A stretch of DNA of 64,000 nucleotides, from assembly GCA_965218425.1 (NCBI GenBank), contig OZ244621.1, positions 640,001 through 704,000 of the forward strand, written 5' to 3'. The position numbers and the translations under genes are program-made. Positions 1-10,747 of the stretch are shown in pieces. The notes beneath the pieces were generated by a model. The model ran no database searches and had not been told where the DNA came from. It worked only from the letters and a program-made list of their open reading frames with translations. How positions within the stretch are numbered: the first letter of the stretch is position 1; each line of letters starts with the position of its first letter. Origin of the DNA: an uncultured Candidatus Binatia bacterium (lineage in GTDB: Bacteria; Desulfobacterota; Binatia; UBA9968; CAXXLF01).

Positions 1-65
1 AATTATATGAGGGATGCGTTTGGCCTTCGCACCGGTTCCCGCTCGGGAACTGCCGACAATCCATT

Positions 66-1175
66 ATGGCGGGGAGAAGCAAGCATCTAGCAGGCAAAAA
101 GATCGATCCAAAGCCGATCAATCCGTCGACTTCCATCATCGAGCTCGTGGATAACAACCTCATCTCTTATAATGGGGGTCGTCTAAGGGAAGCATGCCAG
201 CTATTTAGTGAGAAGATCCTTCAGGACGACGTGACCGTTGGATTGAGTCTGAGCGGCGCTCTCACCCCAGCCGGGCTCGGCATTTCAGCCCTCATCCCCC
301 TGATCGAAAATGGCTTCGTGGACTGGATGGTGAGCACGGGAGCCAACCTTTATCACGACACGCACTTTGCCATAGGGCTTGCGTTACACCGCGGCAGATT
401 CGATGCCGACGACGTGGCGTTGAGAGAGGACGGTATCGTTCGGATCTACGACATCTTTTTCGACTACGACATCCTGATTTCCACGGATGAGTTCTTCCGC
501 AAGATCGTGGCGGCCCCGGAATTTCAAAAAGAGATGAGCACCTCGGAATTTCACCATCTCGTGGGCAAGTATCTCACGGAGCGGGAGAAAGTCCTGGGAA
601 CGGAAAAAAGGTCCCTTCTGGCTACGGCCTACCAATACGGGGTGCCCATCTACACTTCCTCCCCTGGAGACAGCTCCATCGGAATGAACGTTGCCGCCCT
701 GGCCTTGAAAGGCAACAAGATGAAGTTCGACGTGTCCATGGACGTGAACGAGTCTGCGGCCATCGTGCTGGAGGCAAAGAGGGCCGGTGGCAAGAGTGCC
801 GCAATGATACTAGGCGGAGGGTCACCGAAGAACTTTCTCCTGCAAACCGAGCCCCACATCCAAGAGGTCCTTGGTTTGGAAGAGCGAGGTTACGATTATT
901 TTATTCAGCTAACGGACGCCCGTGCGGACACCGGAGGACTCTCGGGCGCCACACCCGGGGAAGCTGTGAGTTGGGGGAAGATCGACCCGGAGCAGTTGCC
1001 GGATTCCGTGGTCTGCTACACCGACTCAACCATTGGACTTCCCATTATGGCCGCCTACGCCCTGGCCAAGCACCCCCCGCGAAAGCCCAAACGGCTGTTC
1101 GAACAGAGAGCCGACATGCTCACAAGCATCGGCAAGGAGTTCAAAGAAAAGTTTGGAAAGATCAAGCTGAGATAG
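66..1175 (+). CDS. Deoxyhypusine synthase-like protein (homospermidine synthase, DHS family)
   Basis: Motifs [48 protein letters not shown] typical of the DHS family. Confidence 0.9.
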   Translation: MAGRSKHLAGKKIDPKPINPSTSIIELVDNNLISYNGGRLREACQLFSEKILQDDVTVGLSLSGALTPAGLGISALIPLIENGFVDWMVSTGANLYHDTHFAIGLALHRGRFDADDVALREDGIVRIYDIFFDYDILISTDEFFRKIVAAPEFQKEMSTSEFHHLVGKYLTEREKVLGTEKRSLLATAYQYGVPIYTSSPGDSSIGMNVAALALKGNKMKFDVSMDVNESAAIVLEAKRAGGKSAAMILGGGSPKNFLLQTEPHIQEVLGLEERGYDYFIQLTDARADTGGLSGATPGEAVSWGKIDPEQLPDSVVCYTDSTIGLPIMAAYALAKHPPRKPKRLFEQRADMLTSIGKEFKEKFGKIKLR

Positions 1176-1209
1176 CCGGTTTGCAAACTGATTCCTAATA
1201 TTGTCCGGC

Positions 1210-1809
1210 TCAAGTCTCTTTTGCCATCACTTTTTTTATCCGATTATAGTCCTCTTGCGTGTTCACGTTCGCAAACTCATCCCGAAAGCGATCCGGCGTG
1301 TCCACAAAGCGAACTCTGGCCTCTTCCAGTAAAAAATGCAGCGCGTAACGGCCCGCCTGTATGGACTCCTCCATGATGGGAAGGAAGCTCTTCTCATAAA
1401 TTCCAAGGAGAGGCTCCATCCCTCCTTGATGCCGCGCAATGACCGCGTCCACATGGGTGTCGTGGTTATCCAAAAGCCATTGGATCAGCGCCTCGGAGAC
1501 AAGAGGCATATCACAGGCGGTGACGAGAACTCCGCCCGGGAGGCGCCTCAAAGCCGTGGCGATGCCTCCGATGGGTCCGAGGCCCTCCTGGTCATCGTTA
1601 AGAATCATCATGGACCCGGGCCAGTCTCCCCGCTGTCCTTGTGCACGCACCGCTGCGAGCTTCTGGAAAGGAAAATTTCGCAGGGTTTTCACCAGACGGT
1701 CCAGGACCCTTTGACCTGAGAACGCCATCTCCGCCTTGTCCCTGCCAAAGCGAGAGCTCTTCCCCCCTGCCAGAATCACGGCGCTAAGACGAGCTGCCGA
1801 ATCTTTCAC
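1210..1809 (-). CDS. mobA: Molybdenum cofactor guanylyltransferase
   Basis: AVILAGGKSSRFGRDKA, GPIGGI, ACDMP, FANVNT motifs; start moved to GTG at 1809, preceded by GGAGGAG. Confidence 0.88.
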   Translation of the reverse strand: MKDSAARLSAVILAGGKSSRFGRDKAEMAFSGQRVLDRLVKTLRNFPFQKLAAVRAQGQRGDWPGSMMILNDDQEGLGPIGGIATALRRLPGGVLVTACDMPLVSEALIQWLLDNHDTHVDAVIARHQGGMEPLLGIYEKSFLPIMEESIQAGRYALHFLLEEARVRFVDTPDRFRDEFANVNTQEDYNRIKKVMAKET

Positions 1810-2254
1810 GAAACTCCTCCAATGCCTCACGGAAACGCTCGGGTTCGTTTCTTGATACCGACAATTTATAAAGGGCATAACGTTGGAAGGCGTCACACCG
1901 GGCCCATTCTTCAGATGACACGGACTTACCCAAACCTTTGCTGCGATCGAGAACCGTTGCGGGAGGTTGACCGGTATCCTCCCAGGGCGGATTGGACGGC
2001 GGCGAAAACAGCTCCGGTTCCTCGCCTTTGTATTTGCGCACGAGAACGAGAAGATAGGCAATAAAGTTCCCTCCCCCTTCCTCCGCCTCCACCGGCAAGT
2101 TGCACAGGGCCCACCGCTCTTCCAGGGTAAAAGCTCCCCAGTCTTTGAGCGAGATCTTGGCCCCGGTTAAATCCAGCTTCATACGCACTTCTAGAGGCAT
2201 ACGGTCCAGCGACTCGTAAACCTCCGATTCAAAGCCATAGCGGTTAAACATCAC
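1784..2254 (-). CDS. Nitrate reductase-associated protein (NarM-like)
   Basis: FESEVYESLDRMPLEVRMKLDLTGAKISLKDW and W...FQRYALYKL resemble the Nitr_red_assoc family; overlaps mobA. Confidence 0.7.
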   Translation of the reverse strand: MMFNRYGFESEVYESLDRMPLEVRMKLDLTGAKISLKDWGAFTLEERWALCNLPVEAEEGGGNFIAYLLVLVRKYKGEEPELFSPPSNPPWEDTGQPPATVLDRSKGLGKSVSSEEWARCDAFQRYALYKLSVSRNEPERFREALEEFRERFGSSS

Positions 2255-2322
2255 GCCGCCGTATGGATCGAATCGATTTCAAGGAACTCATACTTAAGCA
2301 ACCGCAAAGCATGCGAGCCCTC

Positions 2323-3558
2323 TCAATTTCCCTCCTGTGAGTTGGGGGACCTCCTGACCTGCCAGACATTAGCCGTAGATGCGACAAAACATAACATGGC
2401 CACGAGAAAGGCCATAAAATAACTATTGGTGGCATCATGAATGAACCCGCCAAGCCAGGCCCCGAACGCCCCGCCAACCCCTATGCTCATGGTAAAGTAC
2501 CCATAAATGGCCCCGAAGCTCTTTCCCAGGAAGAGGTCGGCGGAAATGGTTGAGAGGACCAGGGCGCGGGAGCCCTGCCCTAGACCGTAAAAAACGGCAT
2601 AGGCATAGAGAAGCGCCGGGAACGATTGATCATGGACAGACATAAGGGACGCGATACCCAGTGTCGATACGACCTGCACCATGGTAAAGACACTCTCACC
2701 TCTCATGCGGTCGGCGAGGGAGCCGAATAAAACCCTGCCGAAGACGCTGATCACTCCCATGAGCCCGAAGATGGACGCCGCGAAAAGCTTTGAGAATCCT
2801 GCGTCCACGGCATGTGCAATTTGATGGGTTATGACGATTTGATTGCCCATGCTCGCTAACACGCGGGAACTGAACAGAAGCCAGAAAGGGAGCGACGTGA
2901 GAGCCTGCTTGACGGTCCAATCGGCTTCTCTTCCGTCTGCTTTCGCCGACTGAACCGACTGACCCGACTTCGGAGCAAGAATAAACCATGCAGGGGGAAC
3001 CACCGACAAAGCGGTGACGCACCCCAATACCGCGTAAGCGGTGGGCCACCCCCAACCGTCGATCATGATCTGCGCGAGGGGCACCAGCAGCAACATCCCC
3101 AGCCCACCCCCCGCATAGGCCAAACCCAGCACCGCGCCGCGATGCCTGGTAAATTCGCGGGCCAGCATGGCCACATGGGGCACCATGCCGATCAACCCCA
3201 AGCCCAGGGAGACCACCAGGCCTAACCAAAGGTAGAGTTGCCAAAGGGAGGAAATGGTTGCGCTGAAACCGAGACCGAGGGCAAGTATGGATCCACCGAC
3301 CACCAGGGTCCTGCGCGGTCCGAGACGATCCGTCAGGGATCCGACGAAGGGGAACGAGATCCCCTCAAAAACGATGGAGAGGGATATGGCGCCGGCCGTA
3401 GCGGCGCGGGACCAACCAAAAGCCTCCAGCAGAGCAACGTAAAAGACGCCATAGGTGCCGCGGATACCCCTGGCAACACCGAGATGTACAAAGGAGGCGC
3501 CGATGAGGGCGAGCCTTTTAATACGAGCGGAGAAATCCGTGCTGTTCACTTCCTGCAC
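2323..3558 (-). CDS. MFS transporter (OFA/MCT-like)
   Basis: About 12 hydrophobic segments; GSLTDRLGPR and GSLADRMRG MFS loop motifs. Confidence 0.88.
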   Translation of the reverse strand: MQEVNSTDFSARIKRLALIGASFVHLGVARGIRGTYGVFYVALLEAFGWSRAATAGAISLSIVFEGISFPFVGSLTDRLGPRRTLVVGGSILALGLGFSATISSLWQLYLWLGLVVSLGLGLIGMVPHVAMLAREFTRHRGAVLGLAYAGGGLGMLLLVPLAQIMIDGWGWPTAYAVLGCVTALSVVPPAWFILAPKSGQSVQSAKADGREADWTVKQALTSLPFWLLFSSRVLASMGNQIVITHQIAHAVDAGFSKLFAASIFGLMGVISVFGRVLFGSLADRMRGESVFTMVQVVSTLGIASLMSVHDQSFPALLYAYAVFYGLGQGSRALVLSTISADLFLGKSFGAIYGYFTMSIGVGGAFGAWLGGFIHDATNSYFMAFLVAMLCFVASTANVWQVRRSPNSQEGN

Positions 3559-3755
3559 ACTATTATTTCATGGGGCGGAGTCATTCAAGGGATGAATCCT
3601 GATCCCATTCTATCCCTGGGCGCGGCTGAAGTGGATCGGATGAAAGATTTATGCCGCCGGCTCAATAAAGAACGGAAATCGGGAGCGGAGGTCAGATCGT
3701 CGCAGGAGTCCGCCCTTAATCAATGATAGAGCGGTTTTATTTTCAAGCAACCCTA

Positions 3756-4793
3756 TTAGAACCTTCGCTTCATGCGGAGGTATTTGTAGCGATCGGAGCT
3801 ACGAACGGGAATACTTCGAATCCGGGCTCCCCTGAGCACATTGAGCGACACCTCTACACCGGCATAACCTTTGGACCATACCTTGCGATAGAAATCGGCC
3901 AGACTTTCCACCGCCTCCCCGGCTACTCCCACAATCATGTCACCGCGCCTGATCCCCGCTTGATGGGCCGGACCGTTCGGGGTGATTCTCAAAACCACGA
4001 TCCGGCCGCCCAGCTCCTGCGTATACATTCCCAGCCAGGGCCTGGAAGGCTCGGAAGAACGTCCTTGGGCAATCAGGTCCGCGAGTATCGGCTTGAGTTG
4101 ATCAATGGGGATGAACATGTTTCCCGCAATGGGACCGTGAGCGGGCAACACATCCTGGAGGAAGAGAGAGCCGATGCCGAGCAGTCTTCCTCTTCGTCCG
4201 ATGAGAGCGGCGCCGCCGAAGTTAGGATGGGGCGGGGTGGTGTAGATGGCATCTTCCAGGAGGTACTCCCAGGAGCCGGCAAACTCTCGTCGCGCCGCCA
4301 CGAACGCCCCTTGTACGGAGCCGGCCCCCCCATGGCTGGCCACCAACACCCCGTCACGCAACTTCAATTTGGAAGATTCTCCGAATTGCATGGGTTTCGC
4401 TTTCAGGGCCTTTTGCGCCCTTAAAAGACCGAAGCCGGTATTGTGATCGTATCCGACCACTCGAGCGTCCTTGGGTTTACCGTCCGGACCGAGTACCTCG
4501 GCCTTGGCCGCTTCAAGGATCAAGTAGCCAACCGTCAGCACCAACCCCCCCGAATCGATTACGACTCCGCTCCCTTCGCGCCGTGTTCCCAGCGATCGCG
4601 CGGTAAGGGCGTCCGCGGGGACCTCCGAGCTGACCTTTACAACGGCTCTGAGAATCTCATCCGGCGTCGGAGCGGCTTGGACAGGCGCCGACAGGAAGAA
4701 CAGACCGGCCCATACAACTGTCAATCGTCCATAAATCACAACGTGCCCCGCAAAATCAGCGAACCGTAATCCCCGTGGGAGATCTCCATTCAC
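3756..4793 (-). CDS. S1C (HtrA-like) serine protease family protein with C-terminal PDZ domain
   Basis: GSGVVID, FGGAAL, RPWLG, GPAHQAGIRRGD PDZ motif; catalytic His/Ser positions look substituted; true start probably downstream of 4793. Confidence 0.8.
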   Translation of the reverse strand: MNGDLPRGLRFADFAGHVVIYGRLTVVWAGLFFLSAPVQAAPTPDEILRAVVKVSSEVPADALTARSLGTRREGSGVVIDSGGLVLTVGYLILEAAKAEVLGPDGKPKDARVVGYDHNTGFGLLRAQKALKAKPMQFGESSKLKLRDGVLVASHGGAGSVQGAFVAARREFAGSWEYLLEDAIYTTPPHPNFGGAALIGRRGRLLGIGSLFLQDVLPAHGPIAGNMFIPIDQLKPILADLIAQGRSSEPSRPWLGMYTQELGGRIVVLRITPNGPAHQAGIRRGDMIVGVAGEAVESLADFYRKVWSKGYAGVEVSLNVLRGARIRSIPVRSSDRYKYLRMKRRF

Positions 4794-5188
4794 GGGCCGT
4801 ACTTTTCTTTCAGCGCGTTGAAACCATCCACCCGCTCCGGAACAAGCTCGCCGCCCCGGTCGTACATCCCGAAAAACACCATGAGAAGCGGTTCGCTTCC
4901 CTTCCCCAACAGCCTCAGACTAAAAGCGTCCCGCTCCTTATCGTGAACGTCCGGCTCCCGCACAAACCGGAGCTCTTCCACCTCAGCAACGTTCAAATGA
5001 CAATGCCAGGCGCCGCTTTCCACCGCCAGCCAATCGCCTTTGAGATAAACTTGGAGCTCCTTGGCCTGCACCCACCCCTCCATCACGGCCTGCGGCCCCT
5101 TCCCCATGACCAACAGCGCTCCGGGAAGCTTTGTCGCCTCATCCACCACCGCCGCGATTTTTTGATTTTCTTCTTGATCCCTTGACAC
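4790..5188 (-). CDS. Small HemS/ChuX(HutX)-like domain protein
   Basis: WHCHLN..V..LRFV and FSLRLLG...PLLMVFF pattern; GTG start at 5188 chosen because the longer ORF overlaps the next gene. Confidence 0.5.
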   Translation of the reverse strand: MSRDQEENQKIAAVVDEATKLPGALLVMGKGPQAVMEGWVQAKELQVYLKGDWLAVESGAWHCHLNVAEVEELRFVREPDVHDKERDAFSLRLLGKGSEPLLMVFFGMYDRGGELVPERVDGFNALKEKYGP

Positions 5189-5479
5189 GGAACCGGCCTC
5201 TTGGCTCAAGCGTAGTCCCGCCAACATAGCGCTGTCAATCCCGGTGTGAACAGCCTTCCCATTCGAAGAATCCCAACTTGCGACAATGGGCAAGGAAAAA
5301 AACAGGGGCGGCGGACTGAGGGGGCCATGCGACCTGGGAACCGAACACACCGCAGAGCTGACCCGCCCCTTCCCCCTCACCGACTCTTTGATTGACCGAC
5401 GGATTTTGCTACAAGCAATTACCGCCCCGGGCATCCATTTTGAGGCCGGCATATTGATGAGCCGGCGCGGGGAACATTC

Positions 5480-6568
5480 ATGAACGGAACCATGAAGGCA
5501 GGCCGGTTCCACGGCAGCGGACAACCCATTCGGATTGAGGAGATCCCTATTCCCGACATCCGGCGCAACGAAGTGCTCCTGCGCGTGCGACGCGCCGGGA
5601 CAAACGGCGGAGACGTTCACCTGAGGCGGGGTCTCTACGACAAGTACATACCCGTCGTGCCCCTGACCATCGGACATGAGGGCCTTGGGGAAGTGGTGGA
5701 AGCAGGCCCCGAAGCCACCGGGGTGAAGGTCGGCGACCGGGTGATCGTCAGACCGAACCTGACCTGCGGGTTCTGCAAGTTTTGCCGTTCAGAGCGCGAG
5801 CATCGGTGTATCCGTCGCCAGGTCATCGGCTGGCTCAGCCGCCCGGAGCCTCTCAACCCCCGCTGTGTCGACGGCATGTGGGCCGAATACTGCCGCATCC
5901 CCGACACCAACGTGCACCGTCTCGAGCCCGAGGACGACATCGAGAGGTATTCCTTTGTCTCGGTCATCGCGGTTGGATATCGGGCCTTGAAACGGGCCGG
6001 GATGAGTCCCGGCGATACCGTGGTGATTAACGGCGCCACCGGGGTAACGGGCGTCCCCGCCGTGCTGGCGGCCATGACGCTGGGCGCGGCGCATGTCATC
6101 GCCGTCGCGCGAAACGAGTCGCGGCTACGAAAGCTTAGAGAATTGGACCCGGACAGGATCTCTATCGTTTCGACCGGCGATGGGTACGTCGCCGAAAGCA
6201 TCTTGGAGCTTACCGGGAATCAGGGCGCGAGCGTGGTGGTGGATCTGGTGCCCGACACGAACGAGAGCTTGATGGAATGTATCCGCGCCCTCGAACCCTG
6301 CGGGCGAGTCGCCTTGCTTGCCGCAAAGAACGAGCCCGTCCAGCTGACCTACCACGACTTTTTGCTGCGAAGCGTGGAGATCGTCAGCTCCAATGGACGA
6401 AACTACCAGGACATCGCTGAATTGGTGGAATTGACAAGGCACGGGGTCATCGACCCGACGGTCATCACGCCGTTATTTTTCTCGCTGGAACAAGTCAACG
6501 AAGCGATCGACGCGGTGGACCGCCGCATCACGCCCGAGCCGTGCTGGCCGATGCTGCGGATTGACTGA
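5480..6568 (+). CDS. Zinc-binding (MDR family) alcohol dehydrogenase
   Basis: GHEGLGEV, CGFCKFC...C structural zinc site, GATGVTG nucleotide-binding motif. Confidence 0.9.
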   Translation: MNGTMKAGRFHGSGQPIRIEEIPIPDIRRNEVLLRVRRAGTNGGDVHLRRGLYDKYIPVVPLTIGHEGLGEVVEAGPEATGVKVGDRVIVRPNLTCGFCKFCRSEREHRCIRRQVIGWLSRPEPLNPRCVDGMWAEYCRIPDTNVHRLEPEDDIERYSFVSVIAVGYRALKRAGMSPGDTVVINGATGVTGVPAVLAAMTLGAAHVIAVARNESRLRKLRELDPDRISIVSTGDGYVAESILELTGNQGASVVVDLVPDTNESLMECIRALEPCGRVALLAAKNEPVQLTYHDFLLRSVEIVSSNGRNYQDIAELVELTRHGVIDPTVITPLFFSLEQVNEAIDAVDRRITPEPCWPMLRID

Positions 6569-6591
6569 AGAGGAAGACGAGCCGCGGCATG

Positions 6592-6669
6592 ATCAAGCGG
6601 CTACGGGGTTTAATCTGACCGCTATATCGGCTTCGCACGGGAGAGGTCAGAGTTTTCTACGATGTATCA
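6592..6669 (+). pseudogene. RelE/ParE toxin fragment
   Basis: Reads IKRLRGLI*PLYRLRTGEVRVFYDVS, matching the RelE YRLRVG.RVFYDV signature, with an in-frame stop. Confidence 0.55.
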
Positions 6670-6794
6670 GCGCCCGCTCGGGACCGTCCACGATAGACCG
6701 CCATGCGGCGCCGCGTGCCGGTACCTATCGCGGTGAACGGCGCCGGCTCGTCTCCGGCCGCCGGAAGGCCGGTTATTCACAGTTTAAAGCGGCC

Positions 6795-7045
6795 TAAAAG
6801 GGCCTTTAAAGGCCGGTTATCGAGCCCTGAACGCCCCGTAAAATCCGGCCGGTTTCCGGCCCATTTCCAATTATTTCCGTCCGCCTACACCGATATTTAA
6901 GCCGTGATGCCGGAGTCATGAGCCGTGGGTTGCGACAATTAGAAGACCGTCTTCTAAAGGACAGAGATTTACACAAGAGAACTGGTACGATACAAGCTGA
7001 AATCCGAAAGGGAACGAAACCCAGAATAGCAAAAAGGCATGCCTG
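6795..7045 (+). repeat. Dispersed repeat: shared upstream segment plus IS110-type right-end non-coding module (copy A)
   Basis: Homologous in inverted orientation to about 39508-39775; the 3' part (AACTGGTACGATACAAGCTGAAATCCGAAAGGGAACGAAACCCAGAATAGC) recurs at five other sites. Confidence 0.75.
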
Positions 7046-7111
7046 CCCTCAATTATTATTGAATGATTTTAAACAGTTTGATAGATACTTACTTTTTTAG
7101 ATAATTTATTC

Positions 7112-7140
7112 TTGACAAGTCTCGAAATATAGACTATGCA
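7112..7140 (+). promoter_or_regulatory. Possible sigma70 promoter of the defence operon
   Basis: Perfect TTGACA at 7112, 17-bp spacer, weak -10 TATGCA, AT-rich upstream tract; ATG at 7147. Confidence 0.35.
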
Positions 7141-7146
7141 TGAAAT

Positions 7147-9744
7147 ATGCTTAATAAGCGACACTCGTCGGCTAACCAAATTGTTAGCGTCATAGATACC
7201 GAGCGCCTGCGCGCCGGTCCTGCCTCCGCCTTCGAGCGGGATCCCTCTCGGTTTCTGCCTCAGACGTACCCGACCGAGGACATTCACCGGATGCTGCGTT
7301 GTTTGAGCGGGAGATTCGACCGGTACCTTTCGCTCGGTAACGAGTATCCGGGTCTTATCTTGGCGGAAGGCGTTAAAGGTCAAGGCAAGTCGCACGCGCT
7401 GGTTTTGGCGTATCATCTCTTTGGGAATGCCGAGCCCGCAAGTGGCTGGATGGAATCACATGGATATTCGTGGTCTCCCCCCGCCGATGGAATTGTGATC
7501 GTTGAAAAGTTTACTGACCAGTACCTGCCGTTCGATTCGCTTTGGACATACATCGGCCAAAAGATTGGCGCAAAGTGGTCTCAGGATCACGCTCCGTCCC
7601 TCGTCGAGTTTCGAACCGCGCTAGCGAACCGACACATCGTGCTTATCTTCGACGAGCTTGAACGGGGCATCACAAACATCAGTGATTCCGCCAGGCGCAG
7701 CCAAAATCTCAGCTTTCTCCAGATGCTCTCGGAAGAGGCCAATCGGGGCCGCAGTGTTACCCTGATTGCAGCGATTTATAACGGGGCCGTTGAACCGGGT
7801 CTCACGTTGAAGCGAATCCCTCGGCTGGAGCTTCGGTTTCAAAAAACAGAGGACCGCGCGGCAATAGTTCGGCACCGACTTTTTTCCAACGCTGATTCCT
7901 ATGATCGTAAGGCCGCTGAAAATCTTATTCAATCCTACGTAAACACGTGGCGCCGGATGGGAGTGCAGATGAGCGACGATTATCTCGCCCGTCTGAGATC
8001 CTCTTTTCCATTTTTACCGGAGCTCATCGACCTCATTTTTGAGCGAATGGGAGGAGGAGAGGCCTTCCAAGGGACGCGAGGCGCGTTAGGGCTACTCGGA
8101 GCGATGGTGGACGCGTCGGTCAAAGAACCGGGACTGCTTACGGCCGCCCATTGTAAGCTGACCAATGTCACCTGCGCCAACCGGCTGCAAGATTTGGATC
8201 CGCCGGGTACAACCATCGCCTGTGCAAGCGGTAATCTTCGCGAATTGGCAAATCAGCCTTATGCCGAGGCGATCGCCTCGGCCACGTTGCTCGCGAGCCT
8301 TGTCCCGGGAGGGGTCCGGGGGCTTTCTAAAGAGGAGCTGATTCGCCACGTGGCAGAGCCGGGATACGATCCCAACCAGTTTGAAGCCACACTTGAAACG
8401 TTTCGCCGGTATGGCTCGTATTTTCATAGAGAAGAGAACCGATTCTATTTCGATATCGAGGAAAACGAGGAAGCAAAGGTCGAGCTTGAGGCATACCGAT
8501 CCGGCAACGACGAAGCCGCGCGCCGGCAGATCGCCGACCTTTGGCTCAGAGACATGTTCAAGGAGTCGCAGCAGGCTGTAATCCTTGCCGACCTTGAGAC
8601 AACCCGGGGAGCTTTGAGCGGCATGTCGAAGAGAGGACCCCGATTTGTGCTCGCCCCTCGCCGCTTGTCGAACCCCGAACGAAATGAGTTGTATCAAGGC
8701 GCAGACTACCGGAATCAGATCCTTTTGCTTGAACCGCGGGATGACCAGGCGGGCCACATGAACAATCCCGACCTGTTGTCTGCCGCAAAACGATTTGCTG
8801 CGGCCACGAGTCTTGCCGGTACGGCCCGAACCGCTGAACGCCGGGACCGGTACGAGAAAATCACGGTCCGCGAGCGAAAGCTTATCCTGGATGCCCTCAA
8901 GCAGGCAGGACTCGTTTATATCCGGGTCGAGCGTCGGGAGGAGAACATCGAGGAAACCGTGTTCGAGGTCGAGCCCCTCGGCCAATCCTCTACCCGTGAA
9001 GACGTAGTTAATTTTCTCCGTACGCAGGTGTACACCCGGACTTATTTCGCCGAGCACATGCGCGAGCGGCTGACGAACCTTATGGGGCAATCGGTTGAGC
9101 AGGTTGACCGCCTCTATCGCACCACGCTCGGATATCCGGCCCCGCTTAAAGAGGACATGGTAGCCGCAGCGCTACGGTCTCTGGTCGAAGACGGAGAAAC
9201 CCGCCCCCTCGGCTTGATCGGACCCAGGGGGCGTAGCTATTGCGGGCAGTTTGTGGACTTGACGCCCCCCGAATTGGACGAGGCCATACTCAGCGAGCCC
9301 TGGCATGAGACCAAGACTACTCCTCCGACATCGCAACCAATTCCGCAGCCGGGCCCTACTCCCCCTCAAACCCCGTCGCCGACACCGCCGATCACACCAC
9401 CTGGCTTTGAGGGCGAGGAAGTTGGCACGCCCTCTTATCGTTCTCCGGGTGAATTACGGCAACAAATAGCCGGGCGACTCGCTGACATGTCCGACGGTCA
9501 AGTGCAGAAAGTAAGTTTCCGTATCCTGGCAAACGCCCAGGACGTGGAATTATCCGGGTACAGTTCGGGTGTACGGGGTGCCCTCAGCGGAAAGGGCACG
9601 GTCGACGTTCAAATTGAGCTGACATTTCCCGGTCCTATTACAAAGGCTGAGGTTGAGGCAAAGTGCGAGCAACTACCTCAGGTCCCGTCCGGGTCGTATT
9701 CTGGGCGGCTTCGCGTGTTGCGTAAACGAGGCGAGCAAAGATGA
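7147..9744 (+). CDS. DUF499/BrxC-like P-loop ATPase
   Basis: Walker A GVKGQGKSH, Walker B LIFDELE, FPFLPELID, FQGTRGALGLL; Pro-rich linker before a small C-terminal domain. Confidence 0.75.
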   Translation: MLNKRHSSANQIVSVIDTERLRAGPASAFERDPSRFLPQTYPTEDIHRMLRCLSGRFDRYLSLGNEYPGLILAEGVKGQGKSHALVLAYHLFGNAEPASGWMESHGYSWSPPADGIVIVEKFTDQYLPFDSLWTYIGQKIGAKWSQDHAPSLVEFRTALANRHIVLIFDELERGITNISDSARRSQNLSFLQMLSEEANRGRSVTLIAAIYNGAVEPGLTLKRIPRLELRFQKTEDRAAIVRHRLFSNADSYDRKAAENLIQSYVNTWRRMGVQMSDDYLARLRSSFPFLPELIDLIFERMGGGEAFQGTRGALGLLGAMVDASVKEPGLLTAAHCKLTNVTCANRLQDLDPPGTTIACASGNLRELANQPYAEAIASATLLASLVPGGVRGLSKEELIRHVAEPGYDPNQFEATLETFRRYGSYFHREENRFYFDIEENEEAKVELEAYRSGNDEAARRQIADLWLRDMFKESQQAVILADLETTRGALSGMSKRGPRFVLAPRRLSNPERNELYQGADYRNQILLLEPRDDQAGHMNNPDLLSAAKRFAAATSLAGTARTAERRDRYEKITVRERKLILDALKQAGLVYIRVERREENIEETVFEVEPLGQSSTREDVVNFLRTQVYTRTYFAEHMRERLTNLMGQSVEQVDRLYRTTLGYPAPLKEDMVAAALRSLVEDGETRPLGLIGPRGRSYCGQFVDLTPPELDEAILSEPWHETKTTPPTSQPIPQPGPTPPQTPSPTPPITPPGFEGEEVGTPSYRSPGELRQQIAGRLADMSDGQVQKVSFRILANAQDVELSGYSSGVRGALSGKGTVDVQIELTFPGPITKAEVEAKCEQLPQVPSGSYSGRLRVLRKRGEQR

Positions 9745-10742
9745 ACCGGGCAAACTACGGATTGGACCGAACTCTGTTAAACGAGCTGACTCAGCCGGGA
9801 TTCCGGTTGCCGCCGCTTACTAACTGGCTGATGACCGACGTGTGGACGATGGATCGGTACCGGGGAGTGGGTGAAAAGCCGGCCGATTACTTGATAGAGG
9901 GAGAACGTCTGGTCCATCACCGGGAGACGCTTCTCACCCTGGCCGGAGATTCCCTCTACGATGAGCTTGCATCACCGCCGATCATGAACCGGTCCGTCAA
10001 AGCGTTTTTAGATCAATATCCGGGAGGGTCCGTAGTCATTCTTGACGGATGCTCGATTCGGGAGCTGCCTCGACTCGTTCAATTGGCGGCATCCTCCGGC
10101 CGACCTGTCCTGGAACGAAGTTATGGCTTTGCCGCCGTCCCGAGCGAGACGGAGATGTTCATTGGTCAAAGAATGGGGCTTGGCCTTCCGGCAATTTCTC
10201 CTTCCACTCTCCCTGGCCGGCGAGAGCTGCGGGAACAGGGTATCAAAGCGATTTGGCAGAGGCAGCCGACTCAACGGCTGAGAGTCGAGGACGGTCAAGA
10301 AGCTTTATTGCTATGGGCCCGATTCCCGGACATGCGGTTCATGGATGCGGCGGCGTCCACGGCCGCATTGTTCGATTCTATCTGGGATATGCTGGAGACT
10401 GTCTGGATGCGAACCGTTCAAGTAATGCCGGCGTCACGGCCGGTATTGGTAACAAGCGATCACGGATACATATTTCTCGGCGCCGCCCTGAGCGACCCCA
10501 GGCTAAAGGGAGTCGATAGACCCCTTGAAGGTAAGCGCTACCGTGAGTTTCCCCCTCAAGAAGAGCTGCCTCAGAGAAAACCGGGCCTGTGGGTTGATCC
10601 GGGGCGGCGATTGGCAGTGGTGGCCGGTCGGGCCCACAATCGCCCGCAAGCGCCTTCGCCGAGCAACTCCGTTTACAGGCATGGGGGACTCAGCCTTATG
10701 GAAATGGTGACCCCTTGGTTGGTACTTGGTCCAAAGGAGTAA
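9741..10742 (+). CDS. PglZ-like alkaline phosphatase superfamily protein
   Basis: VVILDGCS, VPSET, VTSDHGY, HGGLSLMEMVTP motifs; ATGA overlap with the ATPase gene. Confidence 0.8.
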   Translation: MNRANYGLDRTLLNELTQPGFRLPPLTNWLMTDVWTMDRYRGVGEKPADYLIEGERLVHHRETLLTLAGDSLYDELASPPIMNRSVKAFLDQYPGGSVVILDGCSIRELPRLVQLAASSGRPVLERSYGFAAVPSETEMFIGQRMGLGLPAISPSTLPGRRELREQGIKAIWQRQPTQRLRVEDGQEALLLWARFPDMRFMDAAASTAALFDSIWDMLETVWMRTVQVMPASRPVLVTSDHGYIFLGAALSDPRLKGVDRPLEGKRYREFPPQEELPQRKPGLWVDPGRRLAVVAGRAHNRPQAPSPSNSVYRHGGLSLMEMVTPWLVLGPKE

Positions 10743-10747
10743 GGGCT

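Noticed and set aside
8092..9090. Long antisense ORFs (also 3723-4424, 15062-15982, 23075-23962, 47102-47962)
   Set aside because: Opposite-strand shadows of well-supported genes with no recognisable motifs.
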